DNA from: Eledone cirrhosa
Lineage: Eukaryota
Direction: 5' to 3'
Assembly: GCA_964016885.1 (NCBI GenBank)
Contig: OZ024740.1
Location: 182,404,001 to 182,468,000 of the forward strand
Length of the DNA: 64,000 nt
Both the position numbers and the translations under genes were made by a program. Positions 23,097 to 37,524 of the stretch are shown piece after piece (within the stretch, counting starts at the first letter, position 1; each line of letters starts with the position of its first letter). Under the pieces are notes generated by a model that saw nothing but the letters and a program-made list of their open reading frames with translations, did not search any database and was not told the DNA's origin.

Positions 23097-24172
23097 TTAT
23101 CTATAAAAGGCAGATTGTTGTTGTTGTGTGTGTGTGCATGTTCCATGTTTATATATTTGCACAATTTCAAACCGATTCACACTAACCCACAATTACGGAA
23201 ATAATCGATAAAACTAAATACATGACGCCTTTCCCCTCTACTACAATCAGATTACCTCTCTCTACTCCCCTTAAACTTTAAGAGAGAGAGAGCCTGAGAG
23301 GGAGAGGGAGAGAGAACGTTTGTTTTCGAGTGTGGAATGGTCAAACATTTATTTATTTCAATGACAAAGAGAAGTTATTACATTTCATACGAAACAACAA
23401 TTATTCATAAGCAACAGATAAATATATTCAACAACAAAAAAAATAGCGATAAATCTTTTTTAAAACATCTATCAACGAACGTGGAAGAAAGAAGTATCAG
23501 TTCATTTACTATACACATTAATATCCTCTATGAGGTCACTAAACCTGCTAGAAACAGCAGCTAACTCTCCCCCACATCACACCACTCCCTACTGTCTTAA
23601 ATTTAGAAAACATATCCTCTATGAGGTCAATAAACCTGCTAGAAACAGCAGCTAACTCTCCCCATATTCAAAAGCAACAGATAAATTTATTCAACAACAA
23701 AATAAATAGCGATAAATCTTTTTAAAAACATCTATCAACGAACGTGGAAGAAAGAAGTATCAGTTCATTTACTATACACAATAATATCCTCTATGAGGTC
23801 ACTAAACCTGCTAGAAATAGCAACTAACTGTCCCCATATCCCACCCCTCCCAACTGTCTTAAATCTAGAAAACACACATTAGACAACCATGCAGAACAAC
23901 TCCATCGCAGCTCTGTTGTTCGGCTGGCATCGTCTACGTATGTGTTGCGCAAGTACTGTGAAATAATAAATTTCAACACTTCTTTGCACAGAGATAATAT
24001 CCATAGGGAAAACACCAATTGTCACTGCTGGTGCAGCTCCTGCTTTGGCAGTCCAGGTCTGCAATTCATTCAACCAGTGCCTGGCAGACAAAAAAGTGCT
24101 GCCATAAAATGGGTGTTGCAACCTAACTTTGGTAACTTACTGACCCCGAGCAACGCCGGGCTTTAATGCTAG
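23094..24172 (+). mobile_element. Non-autonomous Helitron with internal duplications
   Basis: 5' TC (tcattatctataaaag) follows an A. The 3' hairpin CCCGaGCaacGCCGGG at 24145-24160 precedes CTAG (24169-24172) and then T. No TSD; inserted in (TA)n. Confidence 0.88.
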
Positions 24173-24749
24173 TATATATATTTATATCAACTATAAATTG
24201 ATTGACATATATATATATTTAAAATAAACACATGAAACAATCATGGGGGATAATTTGTAAAGTGTGTAATCACACATAGCTAGGTAGGTAACTAATTAAG
24301 TTTAACTAGAGCTTCAAATATTACCTTTTTAAAAAATGATTAATCCTCCTTGTATATATTTCATTAAAGAAATATATTTCATCATTAATCCGTAAAGTCA
24401 CAGTAGTCAAATCTTGGATATTCAGCAAGGAGGGAAGATTTAACTATCTGTGTTTACACATCAAATGCAAATCTGCAAGTGACCCATCGCACGTGTTGCA
24501 ATTCTAAAACTACTAACAACATGCTAGCATCATCCCATTGGCATGAATAGAGTGATCGACAGCTATAAATAGCAGCCAAGTCCTTTCAACTGATTTAGCT
24601 CTACAATTAAGCTCTACAATTAAGAGAGAATGAAGGATAGCCTCGAACAGAAATATCAACTTTCTTCTCTAAATATGTATGTAAAAACTAATAATTTTTC
24701 TTCTCCATTTTATTATTATTCGTATAAATATGCAATTTATAATCAGACG

Positions 24750-25044
24750 ATTATGAAAAATGGAACAAATATTGAGAGATCAAAGCTCCTATACTATGGG
24801 CATGTAGCTAGAATATCTCAGGAAAGAATCACTGGAGAGTTTTATGTGCAAAACTAACTGGCAGGAGATGCAGGGTTAGATCTCGAGCAAGATGGTTGCA
24901 TAACATCCATGAGCTTGGCTAGTCTTGCTTGGGGTTCCAGCCGGATCAATTGGAGATGATTGCTTCTGACAGGAGGAGGAGGAGGGGGGGGAGAAGAAGA
25001 GAAGAAGAAGAAGAAGAAGGAGGAGGAGGAGGAGGAGGAGAAGG

Positions 25045-25077
<33 letters not shown>

Positions 25078-25090
25078 AGAAGAAGAAGAA
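24750..25090 (+). mobile_element. RTE family D 3' fragment with (GGA/GAA)n tail
   Basis: KLLYYGHVARISQERI...GRRCRVRSRARWLHNI...QPDQLEMIASDR, then a purine trinucleotide tract. Confidence 0.7.
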
Positions 25091-26980
25091 TGTAGTGCCA
25101 GCTGCAGAGTGCTAATCATGTTCTATGAGTAAGCAGTCCAATACCATGATGAATCTGATATCTTGCCCAGGCTATGATAGACTCGGGTTTAATCAATGCA
25201 CTGTGGTATCAAAATTTCATATACTCACATGGTTTTGTAGTTTCCTATGAAAAACTGTTTGTGTTCGTGTCTTCTGAGCATCAAATATATGTGGTTACTG
25301 AGCTAACAAAGAAACAGTTTGAGATTGCCTGAAATAGCAATAAAATATCTCTTAAATCACATAATACATGCATGGTCCTGTAACTAATGAGGGAGTCGAA
25401 GAGGTGCCATATTAAGGTATGGGATTTATAGGGCATTTTAAAACGTGGTGGAGCCCATCTCCTCATCTGGTCTGAATACAACAGACTCCTTCCTCAGAAG
25501 GATAGAGAGTGGGAGAATGGAAGTGAGAAAGTGCTATAGAGGAAGAATCGATCCCCGTAGAAGCATAACTAGAGTATGGCAAACATTGCTCGTCCCATGG
25601 ACGCCACATGAAGTGTGCTGCCACTTAAATGATGGGCACTTTCTATTTAAGCCAGATTAGCTATCTTCGGCGTGTAAAATGTATGATCTGTCTTTGATTA
25701 TCATGGGGGAGAAGCACTATGTTGGCTGGATCACTAAGCTATTTGTATGAATTATTTGGTCCATAGTTAAAAATATAGTGCTGGGAAGGGTGTGATTTCA
25801 TTGTCTGCCATAGGCCCTATTTTCCCTAGTAGTGCCTCTGGATCCCAGTACTAGACTGGTACATTTTATTTTATTAATCTTGAATGGATGAAAAATAAAT
25901 TTGGTCTCAGCAGGATTTGAAGTCAGTGAGCAGAGAGCTATCTAATATTCTAAGGACTCTGCCAATTTTACTCCTTCAAATAACATCATACAATACTAGA
26001 ATAAAAGATCATATTGGAGAATAAAATCAGAGCTACAGTTTATCTAAAAATGATGGGTTGATCATGGCAGGAATGTCTTTGATGATAGGTCTGTTTGGTT
26101 GAGGCTGACCTGAATTTAAACAATGGCTTTGCAGCATTTATTTACAGCTGATAATATTTTGATTTCAACTTTGTGTTTCACCCTTCTAGGGTCAATAAAA
26201 TAGAGTACCAGTTAAGTACTGGATTGCTATAATCAAATTTTCCTATCCCTCAAAACTACTGGTCTTGTGCCTAAATTAGAAACCATTACTCTATTAAAAA
26301 TGTCTCTTTGAAATAAGTAGAAGTGTTTCAGATGTAACTTAGTATTGGCTGCTTGTGCTTTGTATTAATGTTGGAGTATAGTATTTTATGTGGCTGCTTA
26401 GTATAGTCTGCTAGTACTTAGTATTGTCTAGTCTGAATAAAGGAGATCATGATAATGTCATAACAGAATATTATATAGCAATTTCTCTATAATATTTCAA
26501 AGAAACAATTATTAGAATTTGAAAAATAAAATACCAGACAACTTTTTTTTAAATTTCATTTGTCAATTTTTTTTTTTCAATGGCTTCCGAAGGGATCCAA
26601 GAATAACTCAAGATATTGCTTTCGCTAATATAAAATGGTTGAAGTAGTTTCAAGAGAATTCTTGGCAAATGCAATTTCTATATGTTATGTGCATTAGGGA
26701 AGACTTTAACCTCTAGCATAGCCACCCAAAAAGCTGTTTCATTTCTGACTTCAGCTACTTTTTAAAATTTTATATTGAGTTCTTTTAATTTTTTGTTTAG
26801 TTTTCAAATGATCAATAATGAAGAAAAATGCTTTAATGATGAAATGATGATGCTGTTAGTGATGGTAGGTCTTTTATTTTTGTCTCCTTACTTTCTTTTT
26901 CCCAAGCGCCATTATTGATTTGGCTTTGTTTTGACAGAATTCCTCTTTTAAAACTAATTGCATTTGAACATTTCTATTCA

Positions 26981-27012
<32 letters not shown>

Positions 27013-29480
27013 CAACAATAACAACAACAGCAACAATAATAATAAAAAATGAATGACTATGCGAATAACATCCATAAAGTGAACTTAGAATTATGGAAAT
27101 TTATTCTTAGCCATCTGAATTTGGTGTGATTGTAATGGTACAGGTTGAATACGAAAGCATTAAAATCACATTTTAAGTAATTAAATTCACTTATTTTGGG
27201 GGTTGGAATTGTTACAAAAATAAATATAATCAACACGGAGAACAACATAATCATAAACAAGCAATATTATTCAAATGATGATAAAACAAAATATGATTTA
27301 GCACAGACTGATGATATCATCAGTAACAATTTCTGAGTATCAACTTAAGCCATATATTTAGTAAATGGCATCATCAATATTTATTTATTTTGGCTAGACA
27401 GTATTGCTGAGAAATAACATTACTCTAGATTTACCTGGGGGAATTTGATAAAATTAACATATACACTGTTGCTAAGGCAACATGGACCACATCTCATCAT
27501 TATTATAGTTATTCAAAGCATTGGGAGGATCCTTTAGCTGTGTCAAAAACATCACACCTATCCCTGATGCACGATAGAATGTAAGACCATACATAAATGA
27601 AATGCTGACACCCCAGCCCATCTGGGAGGTCAGTAACATGGCTTCAGTACTGAATGGGTCTATGTAAACCCGTCCCGCCTTTGCTAGCAGAGAAAGGGGA
27701 CATTAAAAAATACTGATGATGATGATGATGATTCAAAGTAGCACATTTGCCACTGTACTGTTTCATTGCAGTGCAAAGAAAGTTGCATTACTGATTCAAT
27801 AACAGTAGATGAGTGGAATTGCTAGAGCAACAGGCAATGTTCCTTACAGTCACTAATTAGATTAGATCTATTTATATTCTAAATATAGACCTTACTCTAG
27901 ATGACTTGGCTGCTCAGTTTGCAGGATTGATAGAATACCAGTGTATATAAAGATTAGACTGTCCCAAGCCTGCTGGATCATCAGGCCAGTGCTCATTCTA
28001 GTTTCAGTGGCAATATCTTCTATTTTTTTATAAAGGGCATTCCACGACATCAAAAATATTATTATGTACTTAATACTGGTTAATTAAATTTCACCATTTG
28101 TCTCTGACCATGGAAATTCATATTGCATCTGACTAGATCCACATATAGAGATGTACACAAAATAATATAATTCATGCCTAAATGAAAAATGCACATTTCT
28201 TTAGCTGATAGAAATCCAATCTCATACAGGGTCTTCTCAGACCTGTTGGAGGAACCCATCCCTAATTGACCTCCACGGCTTTCTGTTTGATGTTGGTCAT
28301 GTCCTCTGGGGTGTAGCCATACACACCATACATGGCCAATTGTAGTTAAGGCTATTTAACACGTAGTTTGGGAGCTGATACATTTTAGATTTTTAAAAAT
28401 AATAATAATCTTGATTGTACATACTTTGAAAAGACAACATATACCATTCATTTCAATCACTAAAATAAAGCTACACAGCCTAATCATATCGGAAGCGATT
28501 TGCAAAAAAACATACATTTCAATGCACAATGTTTTACTGAAGGAAAAAACAAATAACACACATATGTAGAGAAATAACTCAAGTTTATCCTGAAGACTGA
28601 CTTGTACACAGTCACTATGGTACCAAGACTTGGCAACATAACTTTTCACTTACCAAACTTGTGATTTCACCAATAAACTGACATTATCTAACATGAAAGA
28701 TATCATATTTTCTCATAATTGCATCTAACATTTATAGTTTTCTGGAATATTAAACAGTATTAGACTCCTGCCAGGTGTAATATTATGTAGAAAAAAAAAT
28801 CTTTTTTTCTTTTTCTTCTTGCCTGCAAAATAGCATTCAAAAGGACATTTACATTGACAATTCCTTATAATAACTCTGTCATATGTTGGCAAGCAATTAT
28901 TTACATTTAGACTAAATCTATGTAGCCAAAAAAAAACTGTTTTTATTGGCAAATAAAAGAAATCATTACCATCATTATCATTATTATCATTATTATTATT
29001 GTTGTTGTCGTTGTTATTGTTATTGTTATTGTTATTATTATTATTATTATTATTACTATTGTTAAGAATTTTTGCTGTAAATCTATTGTGACAGCATGCA
29101 AGTAATCAATGCAGATCACGCAAGGCCAGAACGCTGCTTTGAAAAAAATTTGTTTTTGATAACAGCAAACAAAGATTCTAAATAACAGAAGTCACCAACG
29201 GAATTCTCTGCATCTCTCTTTCTTTTTCCTAAAATGGTGCATAGCTATATATTTATACAGACACACACATATATAGATAAATATTTTTCACTAATATATA
29301 AGAGTATATGTGGATGCACAGTGATAAAGATAGAATAGGTGGAGATTAGCGAGAACATATCACTATTCAATTAAATGAATCTTTATACATGTAGAGCAAG
29401 ACAGACTGCTGTTTTGACAAACAGCTTGACAACTAAATATAGATATTGGTTTGGGTAGGGTGGCAGCAAAGAGAAAGATG

Positions 29481-29483
<3 letters not shown>

Positions 29484-29560
<77 letters not shown>

Positions 29561-29706
29561 GCAGACTTCATATATATATATATATATATATATACAGTAT
29601 AAACATACACACACGCAGACTTTATATATATACATATATATTTACACACACACACATATATATATATATATATGTACAGTATATACATACATATATATAT
29701 ATATAC

Positions 29707-29789
<83 letters not shown>

Positions 29790-29808
29790 AATAAATATAC
29801 ACACACAC

Positions 29809-29843
<35 letters not shown>

Positions 29844-29845
29844 AA
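29484..29845. repeat. Long (TA)n/(CA)n/(GA)n compound microsatellite
   Basis: Directly visible. Confidence 0.95.
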
Positions 29846-30341
29846 GAGGATGGGGGGTGCAAAATAGAAAACAAACTTTGACATTTATGCAGAACATTAA
29901 TGCATATTATTTAAAGGAATTTAGATGTAAATACAAATCTGAGATGTCAATTTCCTTAGTGTTAACTTTTAAAACATTATACACTTACAGATCATATATG
30001 CACACTCTTTACATACACTGTTATGATAATACTTGTATACATTTTTATATCCTCATTATATATATTTTCTTTTTATTTTGTATATTTTATTGTTATGTTG
30101 TCACCCAATTTTTATGTATCATGCAAGATTTTCTCTCAACTTTTACTGATGATAAATTCACGTGTGTGTATTTATGTATATGTGTATCTCTGCATGCTTG
30201 TTTATGTACATGCCTGTTTGACTCTGTGTGTATTAAAATTGCATCGGTGTACTTGTACATTTATGCACATTATTGTGCATATATGTATGAATGTGTCTCT
30301 ACATGTATGTATGTGTTTGAATTTATCCATGTATGCATGCA

Positions 30342-33245
30342 CAATCTCCGGTTAGAGAACGGTTGTCTCTAACCGGAGATTGTGTGACGGGTGTCGGCGA
30401 AAGTCTCGATGAGGAAGACAACATCCTGAGGACCAGAATTCTGTCTGCAAAAACAACCACACGTATTGGATATTGGAACATAAGAACTCTGTACCAACCA
30501 TCCAAACTTGCGCAAGTTATCGAAGAAATAGAGGCCTACAAAATTAACATCATGGGCCTCAGCGAGTCCGCTGGACTAACTCTGGGAAGTTTGTCCATGA
30601 AAACAAGACCATACTGTTCTCAGGCCGTCAGAACGGGACCCACTGAGATGGAGTTGCAGTCATCATGGACAGGGCTGCCAGTGGTGCCCTTGAGGAGTGG
30701 ACTCCTATCAACAAACGCCTAATGACAGCAAGATTCACCACATCACATGCAAAGGTCACCATAGCTCAGTGCTATGCTCCAACCAACGAACATAATGACG
30801 ATGACAAGGACGCTTTCAACCAGCAACTACAAGATGTTGTCAGCAAAACCCCACGTCATGACATCCTGATCATCATGGGAGACATGAACGCACAGATCGG
30901 GGGAAGCAAGGTTGGCTTTGAACATGTCCTTGGCCCCCATGCTTATGGAAACCGGATGGACAATGGGGACAGGTTTGTCCAGTTCTGTGCCATGAACAAT
31001 ATGAAAATTGGCTCATCACTATTTGACCACAAGAACATCCACAAGGTCACAAGGTCACCACAGGACCAAGACATAAATAGACCACATTGCAATTGGCTCA
31101 AGCCAGAGAACTCCTTGCCTGCAGGACGTCCGAGTCTTCTGGGGCGAAGATGTCTGCAGTGACCACTATCTGTCTGTTACCAAACTTAAAATCAGACTGA
31201 GGAAGCAGAAGAAGAAAGCACCCACTACAAGGCGTTTTGACACTACCAAACTGAAGAACGGTGACACACAAGCACAGTTCGAGGCTGCTTTGAGGAACAG
31301 ATTTGCTGTCCTTAAGGAGTCTGCACCAGACTCGGTCAATTGGTGGGAAGAAATGAAGAACATGGAAGCCTCAGGGGAAGAAATCCTGGGCTACAGGAAG
31401 TCCCTCAGAGAAGCTTGGGTCAGCGACAACACCTGGCAGCTGATTAATGAAAGGAAAGCCCTGCACCAGCAGAGGCATGCCACTACCCCAGAGGCCATCA
31501 AAGTATATCAGCAGTATGTTGAGAAGGACAAGGAGGTGAAACGCAGCGCCCAAAAGGACAAACGAATGTAGCTTGAAGGTAAGGCAGAGGAGGCGGAAGC
31601 AGCTGCGGCACGCAATGACATGCGCTCTGTGTACCAAATTGCCAAGAAAATCACTGGCAGCTAACTCAGGCCCGGTGAAAGCGAAAGATGGCACACTGCT
31701 TTCCAAGGGTGAAGAAAAGTTAGTCAGATGTGCTGAACATTTCAAGGAAGTCCTCAACCGACCGGAGCCACGTGTGCCAGCAGATATTAAGGAACCTATT
31801 AGTTTGTTGCCTATCAATACTAATGACTTCACCGAGAAGGAAGTCCGCATGGCCATCAAAACCCTTAAGAATAACAAGTCACCAGGTATGGATGGCATTT
31901 CTGCTGAAATGCTGAAGTCAGGAGGTGAAAGCATGGTCAAGTGGATGGGCCACTTATGTAATCTTGTGTGGAACACGGGTGAAGTCCCAGAAGATTGGAG
32001 AAACGGAGCGCAACCATGCCAATTGTGACAACTGGAGGGGAGTGACACTTCTCTCCATACCAGGGAAGGTCTATTGTCTAGTAATCCTGAACCACATGCG
32101 TGGCATGGTAGACCGGGAACTGCGAGAACAACACGTTCCTGTGCAGAGATCTTTACGCTACGCCGCATCATTGAGAGGTACAACGATTTTCCAGAGGCCC
32201 CTCCCCATCAGCTTCATCGATTTCTCCAAAGCATTCGATAGCATTCATCGACCGTCACTCTGGAGCATCATGCATGAGTTTGGTCTGCCCCAGAAAGTCA
32301 TTTCAGCAATCAAATAGATTTACGCAAACTCCAAGTGCTGCATACGGACAGAGGATTGTTACAGTGACTGGTTTGAGGTGGTTACTGGTGTGCGTCAAGG
32401 TTGCTCGCTCTCTCCAATTCTCTTTGCCATAGCCATTGACTGGGTACTAAGAAGAGCGTCTAAAGACCAGGGTATATCTTGGGTTGGAGAGCAAAATTGT
32501 GTGACCTGGACTTTGCGGACGATATTGCTGCACTTGCAGAGAGCACAGCTGACCTGCAAATCATTGTGAACAAAAGCTTAGGTCTCAATATCAGTGCCAA
32601 GAAGACCAAAAGCATATTATCTGGGACACACCCATCACCAACTAGTGTCTTCATTGAACAGGGGAGGTGGAGATAGTGGACAACTTCACCTACCTAGGAA
32701 GCTCCATTAACAATGGTGGCACCATGGACAGTGAATTGCAATGTAGAATGGGAAAGGCTTCTGCAGCATTTAACCAGCTTGACAAGATCTGGAAGAGCAG
32801 GAAGTTCACCCTCAAAACAAAGATGAGATTCTACAACAGCAACGTGCTGTCCACACTCTTGTACGGAAGTGAAACATGGCACCTTAAGACCAGCCAAGAG
32901 AAGAAGTTGGATGCATTCGATTCCAGGTGTCTGCAAAAGATCCTGGGGATTAAATGGAGTGACCATGTAACAAACCAGGAAGTCAGGAACTGAACCAACC
33001 AGCAGCCAGTCTCTTCTACCATCTGCAAGTGACGCCTGGGCTGGTTTGGACACGCTTTGAGACTTACCCCGGAGAGACTGGCGAACCAAGTACTCAAATG
33101 GAGCCCGCAGGGAAGCAGATGGAGAGGGCGACCCAATATGAACTGGCGCCAGACAATTGAGAGGGACCTGCGAGCGACAAACAGACAATGGAACACTATG
33201 ATTGCCTCATGCGTCGCAAGACACGGGAGCTTCTGAGTCTGAGTG
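30342..33245 (+). mobile_element. Near full-length RTE LINE family C (APE+RT), many frameshifts, (CTGAGT)n tail, 9-bp TSD
   Basis: IGYWNIRTL, QCYAPTN, MGDMNAQIG, FIDFSKAFDSI, GVRQGCSLSP, LDFADDIA, FTYLGS and LLYGSETW lie in shifting frames. ATGCATGCA occurs at 30333-30341 and 33246-33254. Confidence 0.93.
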
Positions 33246-33789
33246 ATGCATGCATAGCATGGTGCATATATGTATGTGTGTGCATGTTTGTATACATTTG
33301 TGTATTAAAAGAAGAGACAACAATTAACTGAGATATTAAAAGATTCTGCATTCCTGTCTCACTCCTTTGAAGAAAGCTATTCAACTGATTGTCAAATTTT
33401 CTTTCACCAACTCATTAGAATTGCTGCTTTTTTAAAACAAGACAATTGCTCATAACATCTCTATTCCACACACCAGTCTTTCCTACTCTTGTTAACCTGA
33501 GTGCCTCTTGTACCCCACCTTTGCATAATCGTTTCTCCCAAGAACGTCAATCATTTGGAAATCCTTCTTACTTTTATTTATTTTTTTATTTTTTTACTAT
33601 TTACTGTTTGTGCAGCAAATTAGTAGAGTTGAATTAAATACATTGGCATTTTCTTCAGCTCTCTGAACTCTGAGTCCAAACCCCTTTTGGAATGTTAAGA
33701 GCTAGAAGGAATACTGTTGTTCTAACAATTCTGTAAATCCATTATCCTTGACTGGTACTATATTTTTCAATGCATAGCTTTATAACTGC

Positions 33790-34100
33790 CGAGGGTGTCG
33801 TAGGCGTGCCATATTAACCTGCAGCAGTTCTATGGTATTTTTGAAACCTTGTGGAACCCATCCCCTCTCCAGGCATGAGTACAGCAGATTTCTTCCCAAG
33901 AAGGATAGAAAGTTAGAGAAATGAAGAGAGAAAGATATATAAAAAATGAATCGACCTTAATACTAGACTGGTACTTAATTTTTTATCGATCTTGAATGGA
34001 TAAAAGACAAAACTGAAGTTGATGGTATTTGAACTCAGAGAGTAGCTGGCTGAAAAGAATACATCAATGCTCTAATGACTCTGCCAACTTGCCACTTTTG
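33790..34100 (-). mobile_element. Longer Meta-like SINE subfamily (related copies at ~25400-25560 and ~46925-47125)
   Basis: The shared block cccatcccctctccagg..gagtacagcagat..gaaggatagaaagt..gagaaatg..gaatcgac is seen at all three loci, and here it joins tactagactggtac..tttgaactcag. Confidence 0.65.
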
Positions 34101-35724
34101 GTAGTATATTTTATCAACCCTAAAAGAATGAAAGGCTAAGATGAGTCTAAGCAATGGAATACAATTCTATTTCCTCAGTTTACTCAGCAAGGGGTATAAA
34201 TACCATATTTTCTAAGAGATGGTGGTGAGTTATAAATTATAGACTTGTTGATTTATCTATTTTTATCAACACTATAAAATCCTTTTTTTTATTAATATTT
34301 TATTATTGAAGATAAGCACTAATCCTATGGACCTTTGGAGTATATGAAAACTATAAATGGTAAATGGATATTTTTGTATAATATTTGTAGTTATAAAGTC
34401 TAACAAATTTATGGAAGCAATTACGTGGCACCTTTCTTTCCATAGTAACAAACAACAGATGTGACAATAAATTTTATATTTTTCGTCCATTTTTTTTTGG
34501 CCAACAAATAGATTAAAAACTATAGAATAAATAAAATCAACAAGTGATGTTTTTCCAAGGATTCATTCAAGTATTTTTAATGCTTTCCATTTTATCAGCA
34601 ACAAACTGGTGAAAAATGCGATAAACAAACAAAATTGACCTGGTTGGTGCCAATCACAAGAAGAAAAAAGTGGATGAATTTTTATTACAATGCATCAGGA
34701 ACTTAAAATGAAACAGACCCTACTAAAGCGAGATGATTCCATCATGTACGTGATTGCATCCCTGGTTACCAAAATCTGTGAAAATGCCATAAATTTGTGA
34801 CATTTATACAAAAATTTTATAAAGTTCTAAAGAGAAAAGGAGAGAAAAATGAAGGTGTTTACAAATTTTCTTTTTTCTATCACTTAAATTAATTCACATA
34901 GAATAATTCCATTCATCTTTCAATTCTCAGTTTTGCTGTTTTATCATGTGTTGCAAAACATTATATGAAAATATACATTTACTGGATTAACTTTACTTTA
35001 TATATTATGCCTGTCACAATGGTAAATATATTTTCCATGAAGTTTTATCATAAAGATGTGTAGTCATTTTAAACAGATGTTATTATGTCAGTAGTTACAA
35101 TTCACCAAATTTCATAAATTTAATGTAAAGCTTTGTCAAGTTTATATTAAGTTTATGAGAAAAAAGTTTGACATCTAAAATTAATCTTATCATGAGTTTG
35201 TCTTTTATAACTACATTCAAGAAACAGTCACAGGAAGAGTCATAAGTTGTTGAATTGATAGATAAGGTCTTAATATATTGCCAAAAGATTAATACCTCAT
35301 ATACCATTATTAGCACTTTATTGTGTCTGCAAACAACAAACCTAGTTCTCAGTAGTATAAACAACCTAACAAACAATACGTAAACACACATGCATGGACA
35401 GACTAACACACACGCATAAATACATGAACAGATGGATGGACGGACACACACCTATTGTATCATCAACTGCATTAACCATCCTGGTATCTTTTTATGAAAT
35501 AACATGACTAGCTAGAAATAAGAGCAACAGCTTCCTTAAATCATACCCTAAAATCTTTAAAAAGGAGTACATTACATAATGTAATCCTAGATATGCAAAA
35601 AGACGGGGGAGTCATGTCTGTAATACCTCTGGCCATAATTCTGCTTAATGAATGCTGGCAACTAATGCTGCCTCACAAAGCTTTACACCTATGACTACAT
35701 TAATTATTAGTATCAAGGATGGTG

Positions 35725-35950
35725 GTTGGGTAGTATTGGTAGAGGATTGGACAACATGCTTTGTGACATGCAGTTACAGCACCGTACATTATGATTTCAA
35801 ATCCCACTAAGATTAGCGTTGCTTTTTATCATTACAGGTTTGATAAAATAAAGTACTAGTAAAGCACTGGGGTTGATTTAATCAACCACCCTCCACCACT
35901 AAAAAAAAAAAAAAGAATTGTTGTCCGTGTGCCTAAATCAGAAGCCTTTA
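35725..35950 (+). mobile_element. Meta-like SINE copy
   Basis: gtattggtagagg..catgctttg..ttcaaatccc..gataaaataaagtactag..ctggggttgatttaatc..gtgcctaaatcagaa. Confidence 0.7.
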
Positions 35951-36679
35951 TTAATGTCCTGTAATGGTTTAACAAAAAATATCTAAAAATAACAGGTTTG
36001 TTAATTCAAATATTTTTATTATCTATATTATTGGACAGATCATCATGACAATCTACAGTATATAGTAGACTTGAAATTTTATTGTATTTTGTACTTTTCA
36101 AGAATTTCATGTTAATGTGGTTTCATGTTAAGAGCTAAACATACTCAGAAATACCGTCAATTTACATAACACATTCATCATCATCATCATGATTGACATT
36201 GTATTTATTATGTCTACTTTTCCAGTAATTAGTGTGTTGCATTATAAGCCTTTACTCTGGTTCTCTACAATCTGAATCTAAATCCTGCACAGGTCAACTT
36301 TACTTTTCCTACTTTCACTATCAAAAAATAAAATACCAGTCCATTGTTGTCGATTGGTGGAATTCCTGATACACTGAACAGGATGCCTTATGGTATAAGT
36401 TTTGGCTCTGCCTGGGGAAATGATGATCTGATATGACTGGGGCCTCTATTAATAAAAGACCAAGGATAACTCCTATGAGATGCAATCTGATAGAAGCTTG
36501 TGTAAAACTGTGAAAGTGGTGAACTGTAATAAGAAGAACAACAACAAACAACTGAATACTTACATACCGGACAATGACAAGGAACAAAACAAGTATAGAT
36601 ATTACACACATACAAACTTCACTGCAAATGTAAATTGAACTAAAGTGATGATATTGATGATGATTGCTGGGTGAAGAAG

Positions 36680-36888
36680 TGCTAGGAAATCACAGTAGAA
36701 GGAAGGCACACTAGTGGTAGACCAAGGATGACCTTTGTGGCGGTGATGAGAGCTGAACTCAAATCGATAACACTCACAGAAGAGATGATGAAGAAACACA
36801 ATAAATGGAGAGATGCTGTGCTGAAAAGGACTGAGCTGAACCACGTGAGTGTGGAAAAATGGACGTATGATGGTGATGGTGATGATGA
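36680..36888 (+). mobile_element. RTE (B-like) 3' fragment, diverged
   Basis: GRPRMTFVAVMRAELKSITLTEEMMKKHNKWRDAVLKRT, then ggacgt(atg)n. Confidence 0.75.
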
Positions 36889-37460
36889 ACAGAAGAACAT
36901 GATTAAAATTCAAAAATGGCAAAAGTGTTCTATCAATACAAGATGAATGGAATGCAATATTTTGAAAGAAAAAATACATAATTTACATATAAGTCATTTT
37001 TTTCAGTTTTTTTTTCTCTCACTCTCCTAGTCAAAACAACACAAAGTAAGTAGACAGACTGATAGTCAAATTTAACATGTCGGAATATAAAATCAAAAAC
37101 AAACAAATCAATAAAAGAAAATATATAATGAGTAAACGACAAGAAACAAAGACCAGAGATTAATGAGGAAGTAACCAAATAGTTTTAATTATTAGTTTTG
37201 CAAACTTAAAGCAAACTCTAGAGAGGAAATTATTTCTTAAAGCATTCAATAGTGTCCATTAGGATATAAATAATTCAGAAACATTTAAATTAGCCAATGA
37301 GATACATTTGTTAATTCATCTTTTGTAGGTGAACTGCCATTAACATGGTTATAAATCTTCATTGCAATTATGCTATCGTATCTCAACTGACATGTTTATT
37401 TTCATTCAGAATTGCATCATTTCATTAAGATATTCATCATTGAAATACATCAACTATGCA

Positions 37461-37524
<64 letters not shown>

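Noticed and set aside
23410-23872. CRISPR-like repeat-spacer appearance
   Set aside because: Eukaryotic context, irregular long duplications inside a Helitron, no unique equal-length spacers and no cas genes.
29383-30372. YI-repeat and Cys/Val-rich ORFs (also 22297-22905, 57832-58233)
   Set aside because: Products of (TA)n and (TG)n microsatellites.
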